This document shows positions 19,366 through 28,338 of a DNA stretch of 64,000 bases, in pieces. The position numbers and the translations under genes are program-made. Source of the stretch: a bacterium. Lineage in GTDB: Bacteria > Patescibacteriota > Patescibacteriia > JACQRZ01. The DNA lies in contig JAUYIE010000018.1 of the NCBI GenBank assembly GCA_030688365.1, positions 33,973-97,972 on the forward strand, given 5' to 3'. Position 1 is the stretch's first letter. Every line of letters begins with the position of its first letter. Below the pieces are notes generated by a model. That model was given only the letters and a program-made list of their open reading frames with translations, made no database searches and was not told where the DNA came from.

Positions 19366-19758
19366 TTAATGTATTTCGCATAACACTTCACCGCCCACGC
19401 CTGCATGTTTTGCTTGTGAATTGGTCATAATCCCATGGGAAGTTGAAATGATTGCAAGGCCAATGTTATTACGAACCACGGGCATATCTCCGGCTTTTGC
19501 ATATACACGACAACCCGGCGTACTCACTCTCTGAATTGATCGTATGGCAGGCACACGCCCTGACAAGTACCGCAAAGTAATCACCAATGTACGCTGTACG
19601 CTTGCTTCCTCAACACTGACATCCTCAATATACCCTTCGTCTTTCATGACGCGAGCAATTTCTTTTTTGAGTTGAGAAAAAGGAATACGCACCGTGACTT
19701 TGTTCACGGCTGTTGCATTTCTTATTCTCGTTAACATGTCTGCGATTGGATCTGTCAT
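19366..19758 (-). CDS. rpsH: 30S ribosomal protein S8
   Basis: MTDPIADMLTRIRNA is the canonical S8 N-terminus. 130 aa. Confidence 0.9.
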   Translation of the reverse strand: MTDPIADMLTRIRNATAVNKVTVRIPFSQLKKEIARVMKDEGYIEDVSVEEASVQRTLVITLRYLSGRVPAIRSIQRVSTPGCRVYAKAGDMPVVRNNIGLAIISTSHGIMTNSQAKHAGVGGEVLCEIH

Positions 19759-19785
19759 AATACTTGAAAAAATTAATGGGGCGCG

Positions 19786-19980
19786 TTACCAACTACTGCG
19801 TGTTATACCCGGAATGCTACCTTGTGATGCAAGCTCTCGGAAGCAAATACGGCAGAGTTGAAAATCACGCATATACCCATGACCGCGCCCACAACGAAAA
19901 CAGCGACGTACTACCCGAGTAGAGTACTTAGGTTTGATCAGTGAGCGTTGTGATTTTACGAGCTGTGCTTCTGTTGCCAT
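19786..19980 (-). CDS. rpsZ: 30S ribosomal protein S14 type Z (zinc-binding)
   Basis: 64 aa with CxxC...CxxC (CFRCGRGHG...CRICFRE). Lies between rplE and rpsH. Confidence 0.85.
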   Translation of the reverse strand: MATEAQLVKSQRSLIKPKYSTRVVRRCFRCGRGHGYMRDFQLCRICFRELASQGSIPGITRSSW

Positions 19981-19988
19981 ATGGATAT

Positions 19989-20528
19989 TTATTCTTTAAA
20001 AGGAAATCCTAATGCTGTAAACAGCGCTAACCCTTCTTCTTTATTGTGTGCTGTTGTTGTAATAGTCACTTCCAGACCGTGCAATCGCTCTAATTCATCA
20101 GACCGTATTTCTGGAAATGCAGCATTTTCTTTAAACCCAATACTCATATTACCATGCGCATCCACATATTTTTTATCAATTCCACGGAAATCACGGACGC
20201 GGGGCAATGTCATACTAACCAGCTTGTCTAAGAAATCATACATACGCGCCTTGCGCAATGTAACTGACATCCCCACCACCATACCTTGTCGTATTTTGAA
20301 ACCCGCAATGGATTTTTTGGCTTTGTTACGGACTGGTTTTTGTCCGCTAATGGCGGATAAAGAACTTTCTGCTGTTTCAATAAACGCAGGATCTTTTGCT
20401 ACTCTTCCTAGTCCGATATTGAGCGTGATCTTCGAGATCTGCGGTACTTGATGAAGATTGCCAAAACTAAACTGCTTCATCAAGGCAGGCACCACTGTTT
20501 CTTTATATTGTTGAAAAAGTTTAGCCAT
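19989..20528 (-). CDS. rplE: 50S ribosomal protein L5
   Basis: 179 aa. N-terminus LFQQYKETVVPALMKQF... and its operon position. Confidence 0.9.
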   Translation of the reverse strand: MAKLFQQYKETVVPALMKQFSFGNLHQVPQISKITLNIGLGRVAKDPAFIETAESSLSAISGQKPVRNKAKKSIAGFKIRQGMVVGMSVTLRKARMYDFLDKLVSMTLPRVRDFRGIDKKYVDAHGNMSIGFKENAAFPEIRSDELERLHGLEVTITTTAHNKEEGLALFTALGFPFKE

Positions 20529-20531
20529 ATA

Positions 20532-20855
20532 TTAAATAAACGTTGATTTACACTTTTTACACAGGCGCTCTTTGCGTGTTTGCGCGCCCTCCCCATGGGA
20601 CACAGCATACCCTACACGGGTAGGTTTCCCACAAGAAGGACACACTAACATACCATTTGAAACTGCCATACGCGCAGGAAAATATACCTTCTGTCCGCGT
20701 TCGCCCTTTTTAGCAGGTCTTACGTGTTTTGCCAAGACATTAATCCCTTCCACGACTATTTTTTCTTGTTCAGGAAATACACGAAGTACCTTACCGGTCT
20801 TTCCGCGATCCTTACCTGCCAATACTTTAATTGTGTCGTTTTTCTTGATTTTCAT
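20532..20855 (-). CDS. rplX: 50S ribosomal protein L24 (with CxxC...CxxC zinc ribbon in the C-terminal part)
   Basis: KOW motif MKIKKNDTIKVLAGKDRGKTGKV from the internal ATG (20853-20855). CPSC...CKKC is present. The track ORF's upstream extension overlaps rplN. Confidence 0.8.
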   Translation of the reverse strand: MKIKKNDTIKVLAGKDRGKTGKVLRVFPEQEKIVVEGINVLAKHVRPAKKGERGQKVYFPARMAVSNGMLVCPSCGKPTRVGYAVSHGEGAQTRKERLCKKCKSTFI

Positions 20856-20859
20856 ATAG

Positions 20860-21231
20860 TTATAATACTTCCGGAGCAAGAGAAATAATTTTGGTAAAAC
20901 CTTTCCCGCGTAATTCACGGGCAATAGGCCCAAAAATACGCGTACCACGTGGCTCCTTTGATTTTTTATCAATGATTACCACTGCATTTTCATCAAAACG
21001 GATATAGGTACCATCTTTGCGTCCATGTTCTTTGCGAGTACGCACAATGACTGCATGACATACTTCTCCTTTTTTGACCCCGCTTCGAGGCAATGCTTCT
21101 TTTATGCTCACTGTAATAATGTCACCAATATGACCATACCGCTTCTTATAACCGCCCAGCACACGAATACACTGGATGCGACGTGCACCAGAGTTATCGG
21201 CTGAAACGAGCATTGTACGGTGTTGAATCAT
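20860..21231 (-). CDS. rplN: 50S ribosomal protein L14
   Basis: [27 protein letters not shown] is the canonical L14 sequence. 123 aa. Confidence 0.9.
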   Translation of the reverse strand: MIQHRTMLVSADNSGARRIQCIRVLGGYKKRYGHIGDIITVSIKEALPRSGVKKGEVCHAVIVRTRKEHGRKDGTYIRFDENAVVIIDKKSKEPRGTRIFGPIARELRGKGFTKIISLAPEVL

Positions 21232-21234
21232 ATA

Positions 21235-21504
21235 TTACGGGGTAACAGTGACAGAATCAGAAGTACGGGAAAGCACACGCCATTTTTTGTGTCGAGAGAT
21301 AGGACGTGTCTCAACGAATCTAATCTTCTCTCCAACTTTGTGAAGATTTTTTTCATCATGCACATGAAATCGCTTTGACACAATATAGCGTTTGCGATAT
21401 TTAGGATGCACCGCCACGGTGTCAACACGAACAACGATAGTTTTATCCATCTTGTCGCTGACGACTACTCCCTGAAATATTCTTTTTTGTGCTTTATTTT
21501 CCAT
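21235..21504 (-). CDS. rpsQ: 30S ribosomal protein S17
   Basis: 89 aa. QGVVVSDKMDKTIVVRVDTVAVHPKYRKRY matches S17. Confidence 0.85.
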   Translation of the reverse strand: MENKAQKRIFQGVVVSDKMDKTIVVRVDTVAVHPKYRKRYIVSKRFHVHDEKNLHKVGEKIRFVETRPISRHKKWRVLSRTSDSVTVTP

Positions 21505-21505
21505 A

Positions 21506-21709
21506 CTATTTATTATTTGCTTCTTTACTTTTTTGAGTTAAAAGAGTCAGTGATTGTGCGATCAGCTTACGCTTTTTACGAATGTCTCGCACTTTCTTTT
21601 CCTGACGTATCACCACTGCAAAACGAAGTTCACGTACCTCATCACGGCTCGTAGCAAGGACGCGCTCTATATCGTGGACTGATTGTTCTTTTAATTCATT
21701 GAATTTCAT
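21506..21709 (-). CDS. rpmC: 50S ribosomal protein L29
   Basis: 67-aa helical protein between rplP and rpsQ, with the LREL..EL.ELRF motif. Confidence 0.8.
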   Translation of the reverse strand: MKFNELKEQSVHDIERVLATSRDEVRELRFAVVIRQEKKVRDIRKKRKLIAQSLTLLTQKSKEANNK

Positions 21710-21718
21710 ATACCACAG

Positions 21719-22135
21719 TTATACTTTTTTTACAAACGTCGTGCGTACACATAGCTTATGTGAAGCCAAACGAAGTGCTTCTCGCGCCACTGCCTCATCA
21801 ATACCCGCCATTTCCATAATCATGGTACCAGGTCGTACAACTGTTACGTAATGGTCGACTGCACCCTTACCACCTCCCATAGTATTTTCATTACCATGAA
21901 ACGTAACCGGGCGATCAGGAAATACTCTAATCCATATCTTACCACCGCGTTTGATAGAACGTGCGACTGCGCGACGGGCAGCTTCAATCTGTCGTGCTGT
22001 TACCCATGACTCATCCAGAGATTTAAGGCCGTATTCACCGAAATTGACCTCATTGCACGACTGTGCAACGCGTCCTTTGTTTCGGCCACGTCCTCTGTTC
22101 CATTTTCTATGTTTTACTTTCTTTGGAAACAACAT
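21719..22135 (-). CDS. rplP: 50S ribosomal protein L16
   Basis: MLFPKKVKHRKWNRGRGRNKG from the internal ATG (22133-22135), 1 nt after the rpsC stop. Confidence 0.85.
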   Translation of the reverse strand: MLFPKKVKHRKWNRGRGRNKGRVAQSCNEVNFGEYGLKSLDESWVTARQIEAARRAVARSIKRGGKIWIRVFPDRPVTFHGNENTMGGGKGAVDHYVTVVRPGTMIMEMAGIDEAVAREALRLASHKLCVRTTFVKKV

Positions 22136-22136
22136 A

Positions 22137-22784
22137 TTATTCTTCAAAAACTTCACCTTTATAAATCCACACCTTTACTCCGATAGTACCGAAAATCGTG
22201 TGGGCGACTCCTCGGCTATAATCAATGTCCGCACGAAGCGTATGCAGGGGAATTTTTCCCCACGATAATGTTTCAGATCGAGCAATCTCCGCACCATTGA
22301 GACGGCCAGAGACGTGAACTTTCACGCCTTGCGCTCCAGCTTTTTGAGCGCGATCAAGTGCTTGCTTTAATACACGACGATACGGCATACGCTTTTCAAT
22401 AGCCATTATCATTTCAAAAAGTACTAAAGCGGCATTTTGCCCTGGTTTGGTCACCTCAATGATATTGAGATTTATCAGTATCTTTTTTGATCCAAAAAAT
22501 TGTTGCTTTATCTTTTGTTTCAATTGTTCAACACCTGATCCTTGTCGACCTATAATCATACCGGGAGTAGCAGAATGAACAAAAATAGTAATTGCATTAT
22601 GTGTTCGTTCTATTTCATATTTGGCAACACCGGCATTTTTTAATTCTTTTTGCAAAAACTTTTTAATACCAAGATCCTCACGCAAGCTTTGCGCAAATTC
22701 TGCATGTCGTCGTGCAAACCATCGGGAATTCCACCCAAACAGTATACCGACACGAAAACCTTTTGGATTAACTTTATGTGACAT
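22137..22784 (-). CDS. rpsC: 30S ribosomal protein S3
   Basis: MSHKVNPKGFRVGI...WNSRWFA with KH domain. 215 aa. Confidence 0.9.
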   Translation of the reverse strand: MSHKVNPKGFRVGILFGWNSRWFARRHAEFAQSLREDLGIKKFLQKELKNAGVAKYEIERTHNAITIFVHSATPGMIIGRQGSGVEQLKQKIKQQFFGSKKILINLNIIEVTKPGQNAALVLFEMIMAIEKRMPYRRVLKQALDRAQKAGAQGVKVHVSGRLNGAEIARSETLSWGKIPLHTLRADIDYSRGVAHTIFGTIGVKVWIYKGEVFEE

Positions 22785-22785
22785 A

Positions 22786-23382
22786 TTACCCTGCTTTGCG
22801 ATTAAATATTTTCTTCATAACTCCACCTTCACCCTTCATAACTTTTTTATCCATGTGTTGCATGTGACGATGGCGACCTTCGCGACGAACATCTACCGGT
22901 TCTTGTGCATGCGATTCCTTGGCTCGTTCGGGTATTGGCACATCGACGACCTGTACTTCCGTTGCGCCCTCTGTCTTGATTGGCTCTTTGACCATTGTTG
23001 CTTCTACGGCTACCGGGGTAGTTTTCTTTGTGGTTCCTATATCTGTCTCCTTTATCGGCGCAAGAGCAACAAGAATATGACAGGAATGCTTAGCAATTGG
23101 CGCAGCACGACCAAATGCACGTGCGCGCCACCGTGATAAACTAGGTCCTTCGTTTACTCGTATACTCTTCACAAAAAGATTATCTTTACTGATTTTAAAA
23201 TTATGTTCTGCGTTTGCCACGGCGGATTCAATCAATTTACGTACAGGACGACTAGCAGCACGAGGTAACATGTGCAATTGTGCAATCGCCCGGATCGTAT
23301 TTTTTCCTCGCACAGAATCAACCACTAGGCGTACCTTGCGGGCTGACATACGTATATTGTTTGCTTCTGCGAGGACTTCCAT
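22786..23382 (-). CDS. rplV: 50S ribosomal protein L22 with about 85-aa C-terminal extension
   Basis: L22 core of about 113 aa (ARKVRLVVDSVRGKNTIRAIAQL...) followed by a charged tail (TDIGTTKKTTPVAVEATMVKEP...KIFNRKAG). Confidence 0.85.
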   Translation of the reverse strand: MEVLAEANNIRMSARKVRLVVDSVRGKNTIRAIAQLHMLPRAASRPVRKLIESAVANAEHNFKISKDNLFVKSIRVNEGPSLSRWRARAFGRAAPIAKHSCHILVALAPIKETDIGTTKKTTPVAVEATMVKEPIKTEGATEVQVVDVPIPERAKESHAQEPVDVRREGRHRHMQHMDKKVMKGEGGVMKKIFNRKAG

Positions 23383-23390
23383 ATAGTATA

Positions 23391-23678
23391 TTATTTCTTT
23401 TTACCTTCTTGTTCTTTTGCCATCTTACCGCTATGACGTACAAACTTACGCGTAGGTGAAAATTCTCCCAACTTGTGACCAACCATATTTTCTATAACAA
23501 TCACTGGAGTGTGCACTTTACCATTATGTACACCAAAGGTAAACCCAACCATTTCTGGTGTAATCACCGCGTCGCGTGCCCATGTTTTAATTACGGTTTT
23601 ATCGTTAGCCGAAAGCTTGCTGACCTTTGCCAACAATCGGTGCTCAATAAATGGTCCCTTTTTTAGACTTCGTGACAT
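23391..23678 (-). CDS. rpsS: 30S ribosomal protein S19
   Basis: [19 protein letters not shown] is the canonical S19 N-terminus. Confidence 0.9.
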   Translation of the reverse strand: MSRSLKKGPFIEHRLLAKVSKLSANDKTVIKTWARDAVITPEMVGFTFGVHNGKVHTPVIVIENMVGHKLGEFSPTRKFVRHSGKMAKEQEGKKK

Positions 23679-23687
23679 AAATAATGG

Positions 23688-24521
23688 TTACTTGCGACGA
23701 GTAATAATGTATTTGCTGGACGCTTTCTTTTTCCTGCGCGTACGAACACCCAATGCAGGTTTCCCTTGCGGGGTCTTTGGATGCTTCAAACCAATTGGGT
23801 TGACACCTTCTCCACCACCGTGTGGGTGGTCAACTGGGTTCATAACCTTACCACGCACTGTTGGTCTGATACCACGCAAACGACTTCGTCCTGCCTTACC
23901 CCAACGAATCAAACGATGATCGGAATTTCCTACTTCGCCCACGGTAGCTAGACATTGCGCGTTAAACTTACGAATCTCACCGGACGGCATCTTGATCATC
24001 GCAAAATCTCCTTCTACAGACATAACTTTCGCTCCCACTCCTGCGGAACGAGCAACGATACCTCTTCCACCAGGATTCATCTCAATCGTGTTCACCATCA
24101 TACCAGAAGGAATGTATGCAAGTGGCAACCGGTTTCCTGCTTTGACTTCGGCTTTACCACGTGTTGCTATAATCATATCTCCGACCAGAATACCTGTCGG
24201 CGCAATCATATATGCTTTGAAACTGTCAGGATATTCCAAAAGTGCAAGACGAGCGGATCGATTGGGGTCGTATTCCAACGCAATAACACGCGCTTGTTGA
24301 TCTAAGCGTGTTTGTCGAGAAAAGTCAACCATTCGGTAATACTTACGTGTCCCTCCACCACGATGACGAACGGTGATTTTTCCTTGATTATTTCGACCTG
24401 ACCGTTTCTTTTTTATCACCACCAACGAGCGTTCAGGTCGCTTGTTTGTCAACATTGAAAAATCAGCAACACTGGAATGTCGACGAGCGGGTGAGGTAGG
24501 TTTGTGAATAATTACTGACAT
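23688..24521 (-). CDS. rplB: 50S ribosomal protein L2
   Basis: 277 aa. The conserved C-terminal region ...NPVDHPHGGGEG... is present. Confidence 0.9.
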   Translation of the reverse strand: MSVIIHKPTSPARRHSSVADFSMLTNKRPERSLVVIKKKRSGRNNQGKITVRHRGGGTRKYYRMVDFSRQTRLDQQARVIALEYDPNRSARLALLEYPDSFKAYMIAPTGILVGDMIIATRGKAEVKAGNRLPLAYIPSGMMVNTIEMNPGGRGIVARSAGVGAKVMSVEGDFAMIKMPSGEIRKFNAQCLATVGEVGNSDHRLIRWGKAGRSRLRGIRPTVRGKVMNPVDHPHGGGEGVNPIGLKHPKTPQGKPALGVRTRRKKKASSKYIITRRK

Positions 24522-24524
24522 ATA

Positions 24525-24836
24525 TTATGCGTAACTCAAGTCATTGATCGTTTCACCTTTTGGTAAAGAAATCGTTGCTTTTTTCCACGAAGCACGCGTC
24601 CCTTGTGTACGACCAGTACGTACGGTCTTTCCCTGATAATTTGATATCGTAACTTTCTGTGGCATCTTTCCAAAAATATTAAAAAACGCGAGTTTTACTG
24701 AAAGCTTATTTGCGTCAGGATGCACTTCAAACGTATATACACCTTTTGTTGCAAGTGTGATTGTTTTTTCTGATACATGAGGACGAAGCATCACTTCGTA
24801 ATCTCTCACTGCAAATTTTTTTGTCGGGTCTGACAT
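24525..24836 (-). CDS. rplW: 50S ribosomal protein L23
   Basis: 103-aa ORF between rplD and rplB. HVSEKTITLATKGVYTFEV matches L23. Confidence 0.85.
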   Translation of the reverse strand: MSDPTKKFAVRDYEVMLRPHVSEKTITLATKGVYTFEVHPDANKLSVKLAFFNIFGKMPQKVTISNYQGKTVRTGRTQGTRASWKKATISLPKGETINDLSYA

Positions 24837-24839
24837 ATA

Positions 24840-25514
24840 TTATTTATTTGCAGGAAAATAAAGTGAAACGATTTCATCAATACTCGTCGCTGACATCAAT
24901 AAGTATTCTGCATGAAGCACATCTTTGATATTTAAACTTTGTGAGCCCATCATGCGGATGTACTCTAAATTTCGTGAACTACGTTGCATTGCAGAAGAAT
25001 CGCGTGGTACGACTACACCGATATGAGGGGTGCGTACTTTATCAATTGACAATGGCAATGCTTTTAAAATTTCAAATGCACGTTTTGTTTTAACAGGTGT
25101 AACATCAAAATTTTCTACTATGACCAAATGACCTTGTCTCACCTTGTCGGACAAAACACCAAACAGTGCTTTTCTCTTCACTTTTTTATTTACTTTCATT
25201 GAAAAATTTCGGTCATTACGTGGACCAAATGTAATACCACCTTTTCTCCAGATAGGAGAACGAGTTGAACCATGTCGTGCGCGTCCCGTACCTTTTTGTT
25301 TCCATGGTTTTTTTCCACCACCACTTACTTCTGCTCGTGTCTTTGTGTGAGCAAGGACTTTTCGTGCGTTTGCATCTTGTGCCACAACAACAAAATGCAC
25401 GAGTTCCTCTGGAATCGTAACATCAAAAATACGAGGGTCAAGTGTGTGAGTACCCACTACACCACCTTCGTGATTGTAGACGTTGACAGACAGTTGTTGT
25501 GTTTCGTTTGCCAT
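24840..25514 (-). CDS. rplD: 50S ribosomal protein L4
   Basis: 224 aa. GGGKKPWKQKGTGRARHGSTRSPIWRKGG is the L4 signature. Confidence 0.85.
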   Translation of the reverse strand: MANETQQLSVNVYNHEGGVVGTHTLDPRIFDVTIPEELVHFVVVAQDANARKVLAHTKTRAEVSGGGKKPWKQKGTGRARHGSTRSPIWRKGGITFGPRNDRNFSMKVNKKVKRKALFGVLSDKVRQGHLVIVENFDVTPVKTKRAFEILKALPLSIDKVRTPHIGVVVPRDSSAMQRSSRNLEYIRMMGSQSLNIKDVLHAEYLLMSATSIDEIVSLYFPANK

Positions 25515-25517
25515 ATA

Positions 25518-26279
25518 TTATGTTTGTTTCGAAACTGTTTCATTTTCTTTTTTTTCTTCTGACGCTTCTGCTTCAGGTACTGGTGCTATGTCATTTTCTA
25601 CAGGTGTTTCTTCTATTGTGGTTTCAACTTTTTCTTCAGTAGAAACTACTTTCAAATCACCTTCACTTTTTAAAATCACGTAACTGTTGCGTGCACCAGG
25701 TACACCTCCTTTGAGATATAATATCTGTTCCTCATCATCAACGCGCAATACTTCTGCGCCTTTGATAGTAATCGTAGCATCTCCCATATGGCCACCCATG
25801 CGCATTCCTTTAAAGACACGTTGCACACCACCAGCACCGATAGAACCCGGCATACGGAGCTGATCTTTGTGACCATGAGTTGCAGGATGACCGTGAAAAC
25901 CATGTCGTTTCACCACACCCGCAAATCCTCGCCCTTTGGAAGTGCCTTTGACTGTTATATTATCGCCTGTCTCAAATGTATTAATATCAATTTGGTCTCC
26001 CTTGTTTACGTTTGCCGCTTGAGGTAAGGATACTTCCCTCACAAAACGAAAACCACGGCCTTCTTTCAGATTCCCCACACCTTTATAGTGTCCCGCTAAT
26101 GCACGAGACACACGCTTGGTATCAAACCCCATCTGAACAGCGTCATATCCATTCCGCTCTTTCGTTAAAATATTAGTAACATAACACGCCCCGACTTTGA
26201 TCGCGGTCGCGGGATGCATTTTCCCATCGTCTGTAAAAACGTGAGTCATGGCAATTTTCTTTCCAAGTATACATTTCAT
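25518..26279 (-). CDS. rplC: 50S ribosomal protein L3 with acidic C-terminal tail of about 45 aa
   Basis: MKCILGKKIAMTHVF...FKGMRMGGHMG. The tail is TEEKVETTIEETPVENDIAPVPEAEASEEKKENETVSKQT. Confidence 0.9.
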   Translation of the reverse strand: MKCILGKKIAMTHVFTDDGKMHPATAIKVGACYVTNILTKERNGYDAVQMGFDTKRVSRALAGHYKGVGNLKEGRGFRFVREVSLPQAANVNKGDQIDINTFETGDNITVKGTSKGRGFAGVVKRHGFHGHPATHGHKDQLRMPGSIGAGGVQRVFKGMRMGGHMGDATITIKGAEVLRVDDEEQILYLKGGVPGARNSYVILKSEGDLKVVSTEEKVETTIEETPVENDIAPVPEAEASEEKKENETVSKQT

Positions 26280-26456
26280 ATAATGAAAGAGATCGGAAAC
26301 GCATACGTACTCCGATCTCCTATAAAGACCTGAAAAAAGTATGAGTTTTAGAAACGTATTTTTTTAATATTACTCCGTTCTTGTGTTGATCGTGCTGGCA
26401 CTGCCCTTTACAGGGGTTACCCTCATATCACCACGAGAAGTTATAACGCTCGTATC

Positions 26457-26810
26457 TTACATCATTTTGATTTCAAGATCAACCCCTGCCGGTAAACTCA
26501 GATTTGTAAGCAAATCTGCTGTTTTTGGCGTAGGGTCAATAATGTCAATCAATCGCTTATGAGTCCTCATTTCATACTGATCGCGAGCGTCTTTGTGTAC
26601 AAAAGTAGACGATAAAACCGTATATTTACGCTTTTCAGTAGGTAACGGGATTGGTCCTTTGGCTGTTGCTCCACTACGTGCTACCGCGTCAATGATGGTT
26701 GCCGCAGATTGGTCTATAATTTTATGATCATAGGCACGCAATTTTATGCGAATACGAGGTTTTTCCTCTGTTTTCTCTACTTTTTCTGTTTTTTCAGTAG
26801 TTTCAGGCAT
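26457..26810 (-). CDS. rpsJ: 30S ribosomal protein S10 (with N-terminal K/E-rich extension)
   Basis: [20 protein letters not shown]...GPIPLPT matches S10. The start is taken at ATG 26808-26810, 10 nt after the tuf stop. The alternative start at 26852 overlaps tuf by 32 nt. Confidence 0.85.
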   Translation of the reverse strand: MPETTEKTEKVEKTEEKPRIRIKLRAYDHKIIDQSAATIIDAVARSGATAKGPIPLPTEKRKYTVLSSTFVHKDARDQYEMRTHKRLIDIIDPTPKTADLLTNLSLPAGVDLEIKMM

Positions 26811-26820
26811 GTACTCGTGA

Positions 26821-28011
26821 TTACTTGTTGATCTTAACAACGACCCCTGCACCTACTGTCAAACCACCTTCACGAATAGCAAAGCGCTGTTTTTCTTCCA
26901 AGGCAACCGGTACGATAAGCTTTACACTCAAGTTCACTGTATCACCAGGCATCACCATTTCAGTACCTTCTGGAAGGATAACCTCACCAGTTACATCGGT
27001 AGTACGAATATAGAACTGTGGTTTATACCCTTTGAAAAATGGCTTGTGACGCCCACCTTCTTCTTTTGCCAAGATATAGACCTCTGCTTCAAATTCAGTG
27101 TGAGGGGTGACGCTACCTGGTTTTACAATAACCTGCCCGCGTTCAACATCATCTTTCTTGGTACCACGGAGAAGCAAACCGGCATTATCACCTGCACGGC
27201 CTTCATCAAGTTGCTTGTTAAACATCTCAATACCGGTAACAACTGTCTTTTGTGTATCACGAATACCGACAATTTCTACATCTTCGTTGATCTTGATAAT
27301 ACCGCGTTCAATACGACCGGTAACTACCGTACCACGACCTTCAATTGAGAAAACATCTTCAATCGGCAAAAGAAATGGCTTTTCAGTATCACGTACTGGC
27401 TCTGGAATCCATTCATCAAGGGCTTTGATAAGATCCAAAACTGGCTGTGAAGCCGTTGGATCATCTGGGTTCTCAAGAGCTTTGAGTGCAGAACCGCGAA
27501 TGATTGGTGTTTCAGCACCAGGGAATTCATATTTATTCAAAAGATCACGTACTTCCTCTTCAACAAGATCAATAAGTTCCTGGTCGGACACCATATCTAC
27601 TTTGTTCAAGAAAACAACAATGCGCGGAACACCTACTTGACGTGCCAAGAGGATATGTTCACGTGTTTGAGGCATTGGACCGTCTGTTGCTGATACTACC
27701 AAGATAGCACCATCCATCTGTGCTGCACCGGTAATCATATTTTTGATATAATCGGCGTGCCCTGGACAGTCAACATGTGCGTAGTGACGAGTTTCACTTT
27801 CGTATTCAACGTGTGCGGTGTTGATAGTAATACCGCGTGCCTTTTCTTCAGGAGCAGCATCAATTTGATCAAGACTCTTATTTTGCGCGATCATGCCATG
27901 CGCCGCAAGTACTTTTAAAATAGACGCAGTAAGAGTAGTCTTTCCGTGGTCAACGTGGCCGATCGTACCAACGTTCACGTGAGTCTTATTACGTTCAAAC
28001 TTGTCTGCCAT
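26821..28011 (-). CDS. tuf: elongation factor Tu
   Basis: 396 aa. [24 protein letters not shown]. Confidence 0.95.
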   Translation of the reverse strand: MADKFERNKTHVNVGTIGHVDHGKTTLTASILKVLAAHGMIAQNKSLDQIDAAPEEKARGITINTAHVEYESETRHYAHVDCPGHADYIKNMITGAAQMDGAILVVSATDGPMPQTREHILLARQVGVPRIVVFLNKVDMVSDQELIDLVEEEVRDLLNKYEFPGAETPIIRGSALKALENPDDPTASQPVLDLIKALDEWIPEPVRDTEKPFLLPIEDVFSIEGRGTVVTGRIERGIIKINEDVEIVGIRDTQKTVVTGIEMFNKQLDEGRAGDNAGLLLRGTKKDDVERGQVIVKPGSVTPHTEFEAEVYILAKEEGGRHKPFFKGYKPQFYIRTTDVTGEVILPEGTEMVMPGDTVNLSVKLIVPVALEEKQRFAIREGGLTVGAGVVVKINK

Positions 28012-28071
28012 ACTTTTTTGAATAAAAATTAAATTCCACGGGACACTTTTTAAGGCGTCGCATGATTAAAA

Positions 28072-28335
28072 TTATATAGTTTCTATACTATCATACCCCA
28101 TTGTACTGTCAATATCACCCTGTTCTTGTGCAAGACGCCATAGTGCAATATCCCGATTAATACTATCTACAATCTCGCCCTCTGTCAAGTCTTCTGACGA
28201 CAATCGGTCACGTAATAACATCCTGTACTGAGATAATGGCATAACGACAAATGCTTCATCCTCCTCTACGACGACTATTTTATCCTTTGTGGTAGAGACG
28301 ATGTCAAAAATATCTGAAGAAATATGCCGGTTCAT
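28072..28335 (-). CDS. small acidic protein with Phd/YefM antitoxin-like N-terminal motif; no partner toxin adjacent
   Basis: 87 aa. DKIVVVEEDEAFVVMPLSQYRMLL parallels the YefM/Phd pattern [25 protein letters not shown]. It lies between fusA and tuf in the same orientation. Confidence 0.45.
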   Translation of the reverse strand: MNRHISSDIFDIVSTTKDKIVVVEEDEAFVVMPLSQYRMLLRDRLSSEDLTEGEIVDSINRDIALWRLAQEQGDIDSTMGYDSIETI

Positions 28336-28338
28336 ATG

